From NCBI GenBank assembly GCA_014240285.1, contig JAAZXI010000001.1:15593-79592 (forward strand): a stretch of 64,000 nt of DNA. Direction: 5' to 3'. The position numbers were made by a program, and so were the translations under genes. This DNA is from Methanobacteriota archaeon. Its GTDB lineage: Archaea > Thermoplasmatota > Poseidoniia > Poseidoniales > Thalassarchaeaceae. Shown here one piece after another: positions 38,964 through 47,615 of this stretch. The notes below the pieces were generated by a model. It had not been told where the DNA came from and made no database searches. It worked only from the letters and a program-made list of their open reading frames with translations. Each line of letters begins with the position of its first letter. Within the stretch, counting starts at the first letter, position 1.

Positions 38964-39343
38964 TCTCCGATTAGGGCTGTGTACGCAGCAGCGTCCAACA
39001 ACCCCTCGATATCCGAGATATCAGTCGGTTGGAGCCTGAAGATCCAGCCATCTCCGTACGGATCATCGTTGATTATCTCCGGATTGTCCTCGAGAGCGGT
39101 GTTCGATTCGAGAACCTCACCCCCTATCGGGGAATTGACCTCGCTCACCGACTTAACCGACTCGACGCTGGCACAGGCTCCCATCGTCTGCACTGTGGTG
39201 CCGACTTCAGCTAAATCGACCCAGACGACTTCGGTAAGCGCGTTCTGTGCGAAGTCGGTGATTCCGACGACCAGCACGTCTCCTTCGATTCTCAACCACT
39301 CGTGGGACTCGGTGTAATGCAGATTAGAGGGTACTTCACTCAT
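38960..39343 (-). CDS. gcvH: glycine cleavage system H protein
   Basis: YTESHEW, VGITDFAQ, VESVKSVS (lipoyl Lys), DPYGDGW. Confidence 0.96.
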   Translation of the reverse strand: MSEVPSNLHYTESHEWLRIEGDVLVVGITDFAQNALTEVVWVDLAEVGTTVQTMGACASVESVKSVSEVNSPIGGEVLESNTALEDNPEIINDDPYGDGWIFRLQPTDISDIEGLLDAAAYTALIGE

Positions 39344-39390
39344 GGCTCTCGACTATCCGTGATGTATTCGGAGAGTGAAGGTTTCGATTC

Positions 39391-39789
39391 TCACTCCTCT
39401 TCTCCCAGAGTGCGTTCGAGATGATCCTTCTCCATCTCGGCCCAAGCCGAACTCATGCTTGAGACGTCCGCTTCCTGCTGCTCCACCCTAAGTCGACTGA
39501 GCATTTCCTCTTCAGACTCGCGGCTGAACACCTGATCGAGCGGCGAGGAGCCATGTGGTTTTGAGCCAAGATAGCGAATGTAGGCGTAGAGCAGAGTCGA
39601 AAGGATTGCGAGCGAACCGAACAGCATAGCCCACGAATCCTCATTTGGGCCTGGGTCCGAAAGCAGCGCTATCCTGCCTTCGGCGAATGCTAGGGCAGTC
39701 AGCAGATAGAGGGGAACGGCGAAGCCGATTAGCACCCTCTCAACGCGACCCGCAGCCGAATCCATCGAGCACCGAGCCCGGCTCCCCAT
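39391..39789 (-). CDS. hypothetical membrane protein
   Basis: Two TM segments and an acidic C-terminus. Confidence 0.6.
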   Translation of the reverse strand: MGSRARCSMDSAAGRVERVLIGFAVPLYLLTALAFAEGRIALLSDPGPNEDSWAMLFGSLAILSTLLYAYIRYLGSKPHGSSPLDQVFSRESEEEMLSRLRVEQQEADVSSMSSAWAEMEKDHLERTLGEEE

Positions 39790-39815
39790 GCATCAACTTG
39801 ACTTCATCGTCCAAT

Positions 39816-40394
39816 TCACGGTGACTGTCGGATAAGCTTGAGAATCTTGTACGGAAGCAGCGCCCGATTAACAGGAGTCACCTCGAGAATCCTACCGTCG
39901 TCACGCCTTCTGATGTCCTGCAGTAGTGGGTGACGGCTCTTCTTGTGCAGCGTCAATAGCGTCGGCATATCGTATTCGAGAGCCGCTCTGACCACGCCTA
40001 CGAAACCCTCGCTCTCGACCGAGAACTTCCCGACCTCGTCGACGACGAGTATCTCGCAGTTACCCACGGCGTTCTGGATAGCCGGCACACCGACCCTGTC
40101 AATCTCGCTAGGGTCTATGCCGTATCCTAGGATTCGATTCCGCGAATCTATCTCTCGATGTGCCATGACCCCGCGCTCCCCTGTTTCGATATCTATGCAT
40201 GCGAATCCGACCCTCTCACCATCCTCGATGATTGCCTCGGTTCTCATTCCTCCTATCACTCTCGGGGCAGAGGAGACAGAACCACGGGCCTCCGCTTTGT
40301 ACTCGTCAATGACCATACTGACGACCTTGTCTAGGACTGCGGACTTCCCAGATCGGGGCAGACCCGTGATTCCTATTTTCGGATATATACCCAT
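39816..40394 (-). CDS. nucleoside-triphosphatase (THEP1/NTPase_1 family)
   Basis: KIGITGLPRSGKS (Walker A), GGMRTE, RVGF, LVVDEVGK, VTPVNR. Confidence 0.9.
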   Translation of the reverse strand: MGIYPKIGITGLPRSGKSAVLDKVVSMVIDEYKAEARGSVSSAPRVIGGMRTEAIIEDGERVGFACIDIETGERGVMAHREIDSRNRILGYGIDPSEIDRVGVPAIQNAVGNCEILVVDEVGKFSVESEGFVGVVRAALEYDMPTLLTLHKKSRHPLLQDIRRRDDGRILEVTPVNRALLPYKILKLIRQSP

Positions 40395-40487
40395 TTCTTG
40401 TTCCTCGTATACCACCGCATAAGCGATGGAACGCTCCTCGTACGGCACCCTCGGATAATAGTCTGTTTGGTGCTAAGGCATGATTGA

Positions 40488-40516
40488 TGTCGGAATACGG
40501 AAAATTAATTCCGACA
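40488..40516. promoter_or_regulatory. perfect 9-bp inverted repeat (operator- or terminator-like)
   Basis: TGTCGGAAT-N11-ATTCCGACA in an AT-rich intergenic region. Confidence 0.5.
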
Positions 40517-40537
40517 ATTTGACTTCTGACTTCCGCT

Positions 40538-42520
40538 TTACTGCCTCAAAGCGTAATTTAGGGCACCTTCGGTGGATGGCGGAGGCAACGGCAAACTCTC
40601 AATCTCGTAGTTGTTCACATTGTTGTTAGCTGCCCACGCCCTTGACCACAGATTGAGGGCCTCAGAGTTAAGTTGGGCGGCCACAAAGAGAAGACCCTCA
40701 TCGACACTGCCGTGTTCCTCGGCGAGACTGTCGAGGACAGCCTCGGGAAGTTGCAGGAAGTTCACCGAGTTGCCCAGCACGCAGTCCGGTGCGACGACCG
40801 CCCAACGAAGACGACGCTCTTTCTGGGCATTGACGATGGCCTGACAGGCCACTCTGGAGATGCCGCGTGGCTCGATCGGACCCTTCCACAGAGCCTGAGA
40901 GCGCTCGATGGACTCCTCGTCGATTTCGACGTCGTAGGCCGGGTGACTGATTCTGACTTCTCGGTCTTCAAGGCAAAAATGAGCTCCTCTGATGAATGGG
41001 ACGCCTTGCGAATCAGTACACCAGTCACTGATACCAGCCGACCAGTTGGTCTGATCGATCTCACCGACCCTGACGCGAATCGGCTCATCGGTCGGGTTGA
41101 GCCAGTTACCTTCCTCGCCCAAACGAGGCTGGTCGGCGAGATCACCTATCGCCTTGAGCACGGCGTTCCTAGTGTAGCGGTCGCGGGGCATCCTAGGGAC
41201 GGCCCAAGTCATATCGGTCCAAACAGACCACGGGCCGCGCTCCATCTCAAGGAAAGGGGTCTTGCTGTCCAAGCCTGTGCTAGCCGAGAGATCATGGATT
41301 TCGAGTGGGCCGAAACTGGTCATCACCTCGGTGCTGCCACCAATGGTCAGCCCGACGACTAAGACTCCTTGGGAGGCGCCTGGGAATACTCTCTGAGGCT
41401 CGGGGAACGACCACGATGACACCCATTGGTTACCCTCCACCATCAACTTGCGTAGAGCCACGCTGCTCTTCTCGCGAAGCAGGGCGTCAGGAATAATCAT
41501 GCGAATCCTGCCACCCGCTCGAACCAATTTCATGGAACGCTCTAGGAACAGCCTGTATAGATTCACGTTGCCACGCAGAGCTGCGAACCTAGGGCTACCG
41601 TCGGACTCGGTCGTACTACGCAGCGACTGTGATAGTTGCTTACGTAACTCGCTGCCGTCAGGATAACCTCGAAAACGGTCCTTGATGCGCAGCCACGGCG
41701 GCCGGCTGACTAGCAGCCTTGGAGACTCAGTCCACGGCCAGTCGCCGCGCAGGGAGTCAGCGCAACAGATGCTCTCCTCCAGAATCAACTCAGCCTCGCT
41801 CCGGCCGATTCTGGCCTCGTCTCCTTCACCGAGAAGATTGACTAGACCAACTTTTGCTAGAGTCAGAAGCACCCTCCTCCTAGTACAGGCCACGGCGATT
41901 TCGGAGGAGTCAACCATCTGCATGCCACGCAGCAGCCGCAGGGTGTCTGCCCGAATTTCGTTCGGCGAGAAACCCTCGCTCCGGAGAATATGGATTTTGA
42001 TGGCCCGACAGGGCACCACGCCACCACCCACAGCAGGATCCGCGAAAGGCAGGGGGATCCCCGAACGGGTTCGCTCCCCTGCTTCGACCGCCTCGTCACC
42101 GGGCTCCTCGCAGCCGCCCCTCGCAGCCTCGTTAAGGCGCTCTGCGTATTCCCTGAAGCCAGGTGGCATCGCTGCCAGTGAAAGGGTGGCCGGGGGCCTC
42201 TTGTTGGCCTTGTTACGTGTACTCTTCAACTCATCCGCCAAGACAGCTTGAACTAGCTTGCTGGGAGTGGAGTAGGCACCTCTGGGAGACCTTCCGTCGT
42301 TGTCCGCCTCATAGCGTGAGAGCAGGTGCTCGACAACTGCTCCGGGCTCTGAGAGTAGTCCGGCAGGCAGTGTGGGCCAGTGGTTTGGCATGGTGGCTGC
42401 GACTGGAGTTCCATGGGTGACTGCCTCCTCCCACGAATCCAGCCAACCTGAGATCTGCTCGACCCGGTCCGGGCACACGTGGTCGAGGCGTGCGTACCAT
42501 CCCGATGCATCGCTCGCCAT
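40538..42520 (-). CDS. Eco57I/TaqI-like (gamma class) DNA methyltransferase-like protein with atypical catalytic motif
   Basis: GAYSTP, FADPAVGGG (motif I), ADSL, VSRPPW (motif IV), NLYRLFLERS, LNS...NNYEIESLPLP. Confidence 0.8.
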   Translation of the reverse strand: MASDASGWYARLDHVCPDRVEQISGWLDSWEEAVTHGTPVAATMPNHWPTLPAGLLSEPGAVVEHLLSRYEADNDGRSPRGAYSTPSKLVQAVLADELKSTRNKANKRPPATLSLAAMPPGFREYAERLNEAARGGCEEPGDEAVEAGERTRSGIPLPFADPAVGGGVVPCRAIKIHILRSEGFSPNEIRADTLRLLRGMQMVDSSEIAVACTRRRVLLTLAKVGLVNLLGEGDEARIGRSEAELILEESICCADSLRGDWPWTESPRLLVSRPPWLRIKDRFRGYPDGSELRKQLSQSLRSTTESDGSPRFAALRGNVNLYRLFLERSMKLVRAGGRIRMIIPDALLREKSSVALRKLMVEGNQWVSSWSFPEPQRVFPGASQGVLVVGLTIGGSTEVMTSFGPLEIHDLSASTGLDSKTPFLEMERGPWSVWTDMTWAVPRMPRDRYTRNAVLKAIGDLADQPRLGEEGNWLNPTDEPIRVRVGEIDQTNWSAGISDWCTDSQGVPFIRGAHFCLEDREVRISHPAYDVEIDEESIERSQALWKGPIEPRGISRVACQAIVNAQKERRLRWAVVAPDCVLGNSVNFLQLPEAVLDSLAEEHGSVDEGLLFVAAQLNSEALNLWSRAWAANNNVNNYEIESLPLPPPSTEGALNYALRQ

Positions 42521-42593
42521 GGTACTACAAGCCACGCGACCGGACGCCCTTCTTTGAAGGGCACGGTCGCTTGTTAAACGGTCTCAACAGTAA

Positions 42594-43202
42594 TCACAAG
42601 CCAAGTCCGAAACAGTCCTGCTCCAACTCGGTTATGACTCTCTTCTGCAGCAACCAGGCGACTGCTTCGTCTACCTCATCAGTGCGGATACCAACCACAT
42701 CCAGTTTGTCCACAAAGAGGTCGAAGTGAACCTGGTCGTCACCGCTTTCCAAAGCCTCCTCGATGATGCTCAGTACGTGCTCGGCCACGATGGCTAGTAG
42801 GGGGTCGTCCCCAGCGTCCAGCGAGCCGTAATCGACCGCGGCCACGCCCTCATCGACCTCATCATCCGAGATCTTCTCGGAGACGTTCTTCTCGTACACG
42901 TCGAAGAGATTCCTCTGGTGTGGATCGGTCCAAGTGGTCCTCTCGACGACCTCCCTCTGGCGGCGCAGACGCTTCACCAGAGTCTCGATGCGATGCAGCC
43001 GCTGCTCTAGGCGCAGGCGTTCGCGGCCCAGATGACCCTCGACGAGCTCGAGTTCGTCGGTGGCGCACTCGTCCAGCCATTCAGACAGATTCCAAGACGG
43101 GTCCAGCCTAAGCATGGTCTCCCACAACCTCGCAACCGAGTCAGGCAGTGACCTGACATCTATTCGTGAGCTTCCACTTCCATCGTCTGCCGAACGGTCC
43201 AT
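42594..43202 (-). CDS. hypothetical protein (possible RHH + coiled coil + C-terminal winged helix)
   Basis: RIDVRSLPDSV...NLSEWL, a heptad-rich middle, and C-terminal EVDEAVAWLLQKRVITE. Confidence 0.7.
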   Translation of the reverse strand: MDRSADDGSGSSRIDVRSLPDSVARLWETMLRLDPSWNLSEWLDECATDELELVEGHLGRERLRLEQRLHRIETLVKRLRRQREVVERTTWTDPHQRNLFDVYEKNVSEKISDDEVDEGVAAVDYGSLDAGDDPLLAIVAEHVLSIIEEALESGDDQVHFDLFVDKLDVVGIRTDEVDEAVAWLLQKRVITELEQDCFGLGL

Positions 43203-43300
43203 GCTTCGTCTGTTCGCATTGACCGTCTATCAAGTATCGCTTCAGCCAGAGGTGGCTGTGAGGGGGTTGGGTTGATGAATGAAAAGCAAGTGCCCCAGCC

Positions 43301-44491
43301 ATGAGCGGGTATCGTTTGACAGTCCTTCCCGGCGACGGCACGGGGCGCGAGGTCACAGCGGCCGCCAGACGCATTATCGAGGTGTTCGAGAAGCACAGCC
43401 CGCTGTCTTTCGATATCACTGAGATTCCTTGTGGCGGACAGCACTTCCTAGAGACTGGGGAGGAGTGGCCCGAAGGGTCGTTTGAGCACTGCCGCGACAA
43501 CACCGACGCGATCCTCCTCGGAGCCATTGGATGGCCCGGGGCAACGATGCCTAACGGCGACATAGCCGGAGGACAGGTCATACTCGGGCTGCGCTCAGGC
43601 CTAGGTCTCTACGCTAACATTAGACCGGTCAAACTCTACCATGGAGTCCAGCACAAGGTGCACGGAGAACACACTGACATCTGGGACCCAGATCTGGTCG
43701 ACATGGTACTGATCAGGGAGAACACCGAGGGGCTGTACCACAGTCTCTTGCGGCGTTCAGCCCAAGCCGCCGTCGGAGCCAAGGACGAACCTATCGTCAT
43801 CGATGAGTTCCCCGGTCTTGAGGGCGAGGTGTCATGGGACCCGCGCCCGATATCTCGCAATGGCAGCGAGCGCGTCATCAGGTTCGCCTTCGAACTGGCC
43901 AAGCGCAGAGAGAGTCAGTTGCAGGCGCCTCAGCGAGTCACCTGCGTGGACAAGAGCAACGTCCTGCGCGGCTGCAGGCTATTCAGGAAGGTATTCGACG
44001 AAATCGCTGAGGAGTACGAGAGCGTCGAGACGACGAAGGCCTTCATCGACGCATTCACGATGTGGTTGGTCCGGGATCCGGAGGACTTGGACGTAGTCGT
44101 CTTACCGAATATGTTCGGGGATATCGCCACTGATATGACCTCCGTGCTGCAAGGCGGCATGGGTATGGCGGCAAGCGCCAACATAGGTGATGAGCACATG
44201 CTGTTCGAACCGGTCCACGGCTCCTCGCCAAAGTACGCCGGGCAGGACAAAGTCAACCCGATAGCAGCGATATCATCAGTACAACTGATGTTCGACAACC
44301 TCGGCGCGCGCCACGACGACCCTGACGCTCTGATGTGCGCCGACATTCTAGACACTGCAATCTCCTCCCATCTCTCCAACGGCGGTACAGTTACCTACGA
44401 CCTCGGAGGGACAGCCAGTACCAGTGAGGTCGGCCAAGCCATCGCCGAGCGCTGCAGAAAACTGCTGCAGGAGCAATACTCATCCGCCTGA
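43301..44491 (+). CDS. isocitrate/isopropylmalate dehydrogenase family protein
   Basis: LPGDGTGRE, YANIRP, RENTEGLY, VDKSNV, NMFGDI, FEPVHGSSP. Confidence 0.93.
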   Translation: MSGYRLTVLPGDGTGREVTAAARRIIEVFEKHSPLSFDITEIPCGGQHFLETGEEWPEGSFEHCRDNTDAILLGAIGWPGATMPNGDIAGGQVILGLRSGLGLYANIRPVKLYHGVQHKVHGEHTDIWDPDLVDMVLIRENTEGLYHSLLRRSAQAAVGAKDEPIVIDEFPGLEGEVSWDPRPISRNGSERVIRFAFELAKRRESQLQAPQRVTCVDKSNVLRGCRLFRKVFDEIAEEYESVETTKAFIDAFTMWLVRDPEDLDVVVLPNMFGDIATDMTSVLQGGMGMAASANIGDEHMLFEPVHGSSPKYAGQDKVNPIAAISSVQLMFDNLGARHDDPDALMCADILDTAISSHLSNGGTVTYDLGGTASTSEVGQAIAERCRKLLQEQYSSA

Positions 44492-45277
44492 TTATGCATC
44501 AACAGATGCATCCGAGATGACACTGAGAGCGGCATTCAGAGCTGCCGTGTTGTTCCATTGACTCGACTCGCAGCCTCCCGAGACGACTTCACCGAGAAGT
44601 TCTGAGGAGGCCCTAGAGACCTCGTCCACGATGGTCACCGTTGCCGTCATTGAGGTGCGAGAGAGTGGATTGAGGTCGACTACGAGCACTTGTTTGCCAG
44701 CGGCAACCAGAGCCTCGCACCTGTCCCCGTCCTCGAGTGGGACTAGGACGACGTCGGCCTGTCCGATACCTTCCCAGCAGCATTTGGCTCGAGGTCCCCC
44801 GAGACCGGATATACTGTGATCGGCCGCGTCTCCCAGTAGGACGACCGAGCCGACTGTTTCCTGCCAATCCCCCTCCCAGCCACCAGGAGCTGCTTCGGCA
44901 GCTACCGCGTCGCGTTGCTCCGACAGCCTGGCGAGCAGACCCGATACCCTCTCGGGCGTCCGATAGTACAGATTTACCTCAATCGGGCACCCCACAACTG
45001 CAGCGACTCGAATCAGCTCCTCTCCTGCCAGTACAACGGTATTCCCATTCACTGATATGACCGGACGCTCAGCAGCCAACAGTCTGGCTGCGACCTCTCG
45101 AATGGCTTCCATAGCCGAATCCGAGGTCGTCTCTCCGAGCAGGTAGTCGAAGGCCTCGCCCCTACCATGCGCTATCATCGCAGAGTCTGCTAGCAGGCCC
45201 TCGGCAGCAGCTTCAACAAGGCTCTGCCGAGCCAACAGAGAAGCCCTCCTCGGGTGGCTGTCAGGAACCTCACCCAT
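44492..45277 (-). CDS. archaeal phosphopantothenate synthetase
   Basis: PDSHPR..SL, IAHGRGEAFDYLLGE, ISVNGN, EVNLYYRT, VPLEDGDR, DLNPLSRT. Confidence 0.95.
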   Translation of the reverse strand: MGEVPDSHPRRASLLARQSLVEAAAEGLLADSAMIAHGRGEAFDYLLGETTSDSAMEAIREVAARLLAAERPVISVNGNTVVLAGEELIRVAAVVGCPIEVNLYYRTPERVSGLLARLSEQRDAVAAEAAPGGWEGDWQETVGSVVLLGDAADHSISGLGGPRAKCCWEGIGQADVVLVPLEDGDRCEALVAAGKQVLVVDLNPLSRTSMTATVTIVDEVSRASSELLGEVVSGGCESSQWNNTAALNAALSVISDASVDA

Positions 45278-46257
45278 TACTCGCCACCCCCTATCAGCAT
45301 CGACATGTCGAGTGGGACAACGCCTCTGTTGAGGGCGCTTGATGAGACCAAATCAACCCCGCTTTCGGACCAGTCTCCCAAGGACTCGAACTCTACCCCT
45401 CCAGAACCCTCCAGAATGCATCGCCGGCGCAGACCTACCTCGGAAAGGGCGCGCTGAGTCCCGCCGGCTCCTGCCGCACCCATGTTGTCAAGCAGAAGCA
45501 CAAGCTTCTCGTCACCACCGCGAGCATTCTGCATGGAGTCCCAGGCAGCTGCTGCTGCGACTGATTGCTCTACACTCTGCACCTCGATGACGGTGAAACC
45601 TGCATGCTCATTCATGTCAATCGACAAGACCACGCGCAGGATGGCATCGAGACCATCCTCACCATCCTTGGCCATCGCAGAGAAGTCATTCTCCTTGAGC
45701 ATCAATGCATCGCTACGATCGAGTCTGTGAGTCAGCCCACCGCCGCTGTGAATCGCCCACTTGTCCAGAAGACCCCACTCGGTTTTACGGGTCGCTGCGA
45801 CCCTGATTGGTCGCGCAGCAGAAGCCCAATTGGCGGTGTTCGTGGCTATTCCAGACAACCTGCCTAGCAGATTTAGAAGAATTCTCTCTAGTCTCAGTAC
45901 ATCATCCGCCGGCCCGTGCAGCGTTGCCACTGAATCGCCCTCCGAAATCGCACCTCCCTCGTTGCAATCCCACTGGGCCGAGCACTCCGGAAAGTGCCTT
46001 TCCAGCAGTCTTTCGGCGATCGGCCTTCCACACAGGAGCCCCGGAACCTTCGCAGTGATGCTCGCCTCGACGAGCCCGCTGGGACCAACTCCCCCGCCGT
46101 GCTCGTCGGCCACCATTGCATCGACCCACCTGTCTATGGAATCGAGGAAAAGAGCGGTGGGCTCATCGCCCGACCAAAGCAGTTCGGAGCGGTCGTGAGG
46201 CAGTCTGGCCACGCCATGACGTGTGGTAGCCCTGCCTTGAATGGTCCGAAACGACAT
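45277..46257 (-). CDS. nadC: quinolinate phosphoribosyltransferase (NadC-like)
   Basis: ER.LLNLL..LSGIAT, TRKT, GG..HR, LLDN, EGSGG. Confidence 0.85.
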   Translation of the reverse strand: MSFRTIQGRATTRHGVARLPHDRSELLWSGDEPTALFLDSIDRWVDAMVADEHGGGVGPSGLVEASITAKVPGLLCGRPIAERLLERHFPECSAQWDCNEGGAISEGDSVATLHGPADDVLRLERILLNLLGRLSGIATNTANWASAARPIRVAATRKTEWGLLDKWAIHSGGGLTHRLDRSDALMLKENDFSAMAKDGEDGLDAILRVVLSIDMNEHAGFTVIEVQSVEQSVAAAAAWDSMQNARGGDEKLVLLLDNMGAAGAGGTQRALSEVGLRRRCILEGSGGVEFESLGDWSESGVDLVSSSALNRGVVPLDMSMLIGGGE

Positions 46258-46283
46258 TTGACCATCCTCGCTGTGATTCAAGG

Positions 46284-47312
46284 ATGCGCAGCATCGTCAT
46301 CGGCGGAGGAGTCGCTGGTCTTGCGGCCGCCGTGCAACTCGCTGTCGACGGTTCCACCGTCCTTTTGGTCGAGTCGAAGGACATCCTTGGCGGTCGCGTC
46401 AGGATGCGCGACTCTAGTAGTTGGCTGCTCGATCCAGGACTGCATCTGCTGCGGCGCAAGGGGCCGCTGAACCAGTTGCTCAGGAAGCTGCGAGCTCCGA
46501 GGGTGCTGGGGCCGAGGTGGAATAACGGGGAGATGCTGGCGATTGACACCGATGCGAGTCAAGAACTGACCGCCCTAGCGACGATGTCGATAGGTGCTGA
46601 GGGAGTGAAGAGACCCGAATTCGTTGTACCAAGAGGTGGCTGGTCAAGTCTGGTGGGCCGTCTGATTGTGGCTGCCAACCAGTTGGATGTGATGTTCGAT
46701 GTCGGCAGTCATGTTGAGGCACTCGCTCTCGGGCCTGACGGCAGGCTAGCATCGGTACGAGTCGCGGGTAACGACATCGAGTGCGATGAGCTGGTCCTTG
46801 CAGCACCACCTTCCGAGAGCGCCCGTCTGCTGGAGAGCGCTGGCCTTGATGCGTCTGAGTTGAGGCGGTGCACCGCGCAAAGGGCCGCGGCACTGGACAT
46901 CGCATTGGAAGGTAGGCCGATGAGACCCTACACAGGTCTTTTCGATGCGAACAGAGGCATCATCGCAATCGATGCCACTGCTGAAGACAGGATTCCTGAA
47001 GGGGCTGATCCTAGCGATTGCACCATCCTGCACGCAGTCAATCTAGCAGGTGACGGCCCGGAGGCTCTACAGGGCATCAAAGAGTTCCTCGACTCACGCT
47101 GCTCCGGTTGGAGGGACATGGCCGCAGCACGTCGTTCTACGAACTCAATCATGCTCCACCCATGCTCACGCAGCGAGCGGGTTGACGGCTCGACATTCAT
47201 CGACTCCGGAATCACCATGGCTGGCTGCCACGTCATCTCCGAGTATCACCTGAGTGACGCTGCAGTGGACACCGGTAGGAGCGCGGCGAAGTCACTCAAG
47301 CTCCATCGTTGA
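46284..47312 (+). CDS. FAD-dependent oxidoreductase (phytoene dehydrogenase-like)
   Basis: IVIGGGVAGLAAA...E...LGGR Rossmann motif, PRGGW. Confidence 0.85.
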   Translation: MRSIVIGGGVAGLAAAVQLAVDGSTVLLVESKDILGGRVRMRDSSSWLLDPGLHLLRRKGPLNQLLRKLRAPRVLGPRWNNGEMLAIDTDASQELTALATMSIGAEGVKRPEFVVPRGGWSSLVGRLIVAANQLDVMFDVGSHVEALALGPDGRLASVRVAGNDIECDELVLAAPPSESARLLESAGLDASELRRCTAQRAAALDIALEGRPMRPYTGLFDANRGIIAIDATAEDRIPEGADPSDCTILHAVNLAGDGPEALQGIKEFLDSRCSGWRDMAAARRSTNSIMLHPCSRSERVDGSTFIDSGITMAGCHVISEYHLSDAAVDTGRSAAKSLKLHR

Positions 47313-47541
47313 TATCGAGGCTGGACTCGGCGGCCGCTAGACACGCCAGCAAATCGTCTACCGTGGATCGCACTGTCTTGAGATGCTCTCCGACCACGCG
47401 AATGCGCAACTCCGCAGCCCCATCGACCTCGACAATCTCCGCTTCGAAGGAATCCGGGTCGTCAGGGGAGACGGCAGCCAGCAGGGCCCGGGCCTTCTCA
47501 GGAGATCCACTCCATACGATCTCGGTCTCTGCTCTGCCCAT
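47296..47541 (-). CDS. pcc1: KEOPS complex subunit Pcc1
   Basis: About 80 aa; AVSPDD, LRIRV, RSTVDDLLACLAAAE. Confidence 0.8.
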   Translation of the reverse strand: MGRAETEIVWSGSPEKARALLAAVSPDDPDSFEAEIVEVDGAAELRIRVVGEHLKTVRSTVDDLLACLAAAESSLDINDGA

Positions 47542-47615
47542 GATGCCGCGAGCAGCATCCCGGTTTTCGCTACTGCGGTCGCCGCCTTCATGAAGGAACG
47601 CCTTCTCGCCGCCCC

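Noticed and set aside
40538-43202. Restriction-modification or BREX defence island
   Set aside because: There is no nuclease, helicase, PglZ or specificity gene nearby, and the flanks are housekeeping genes.
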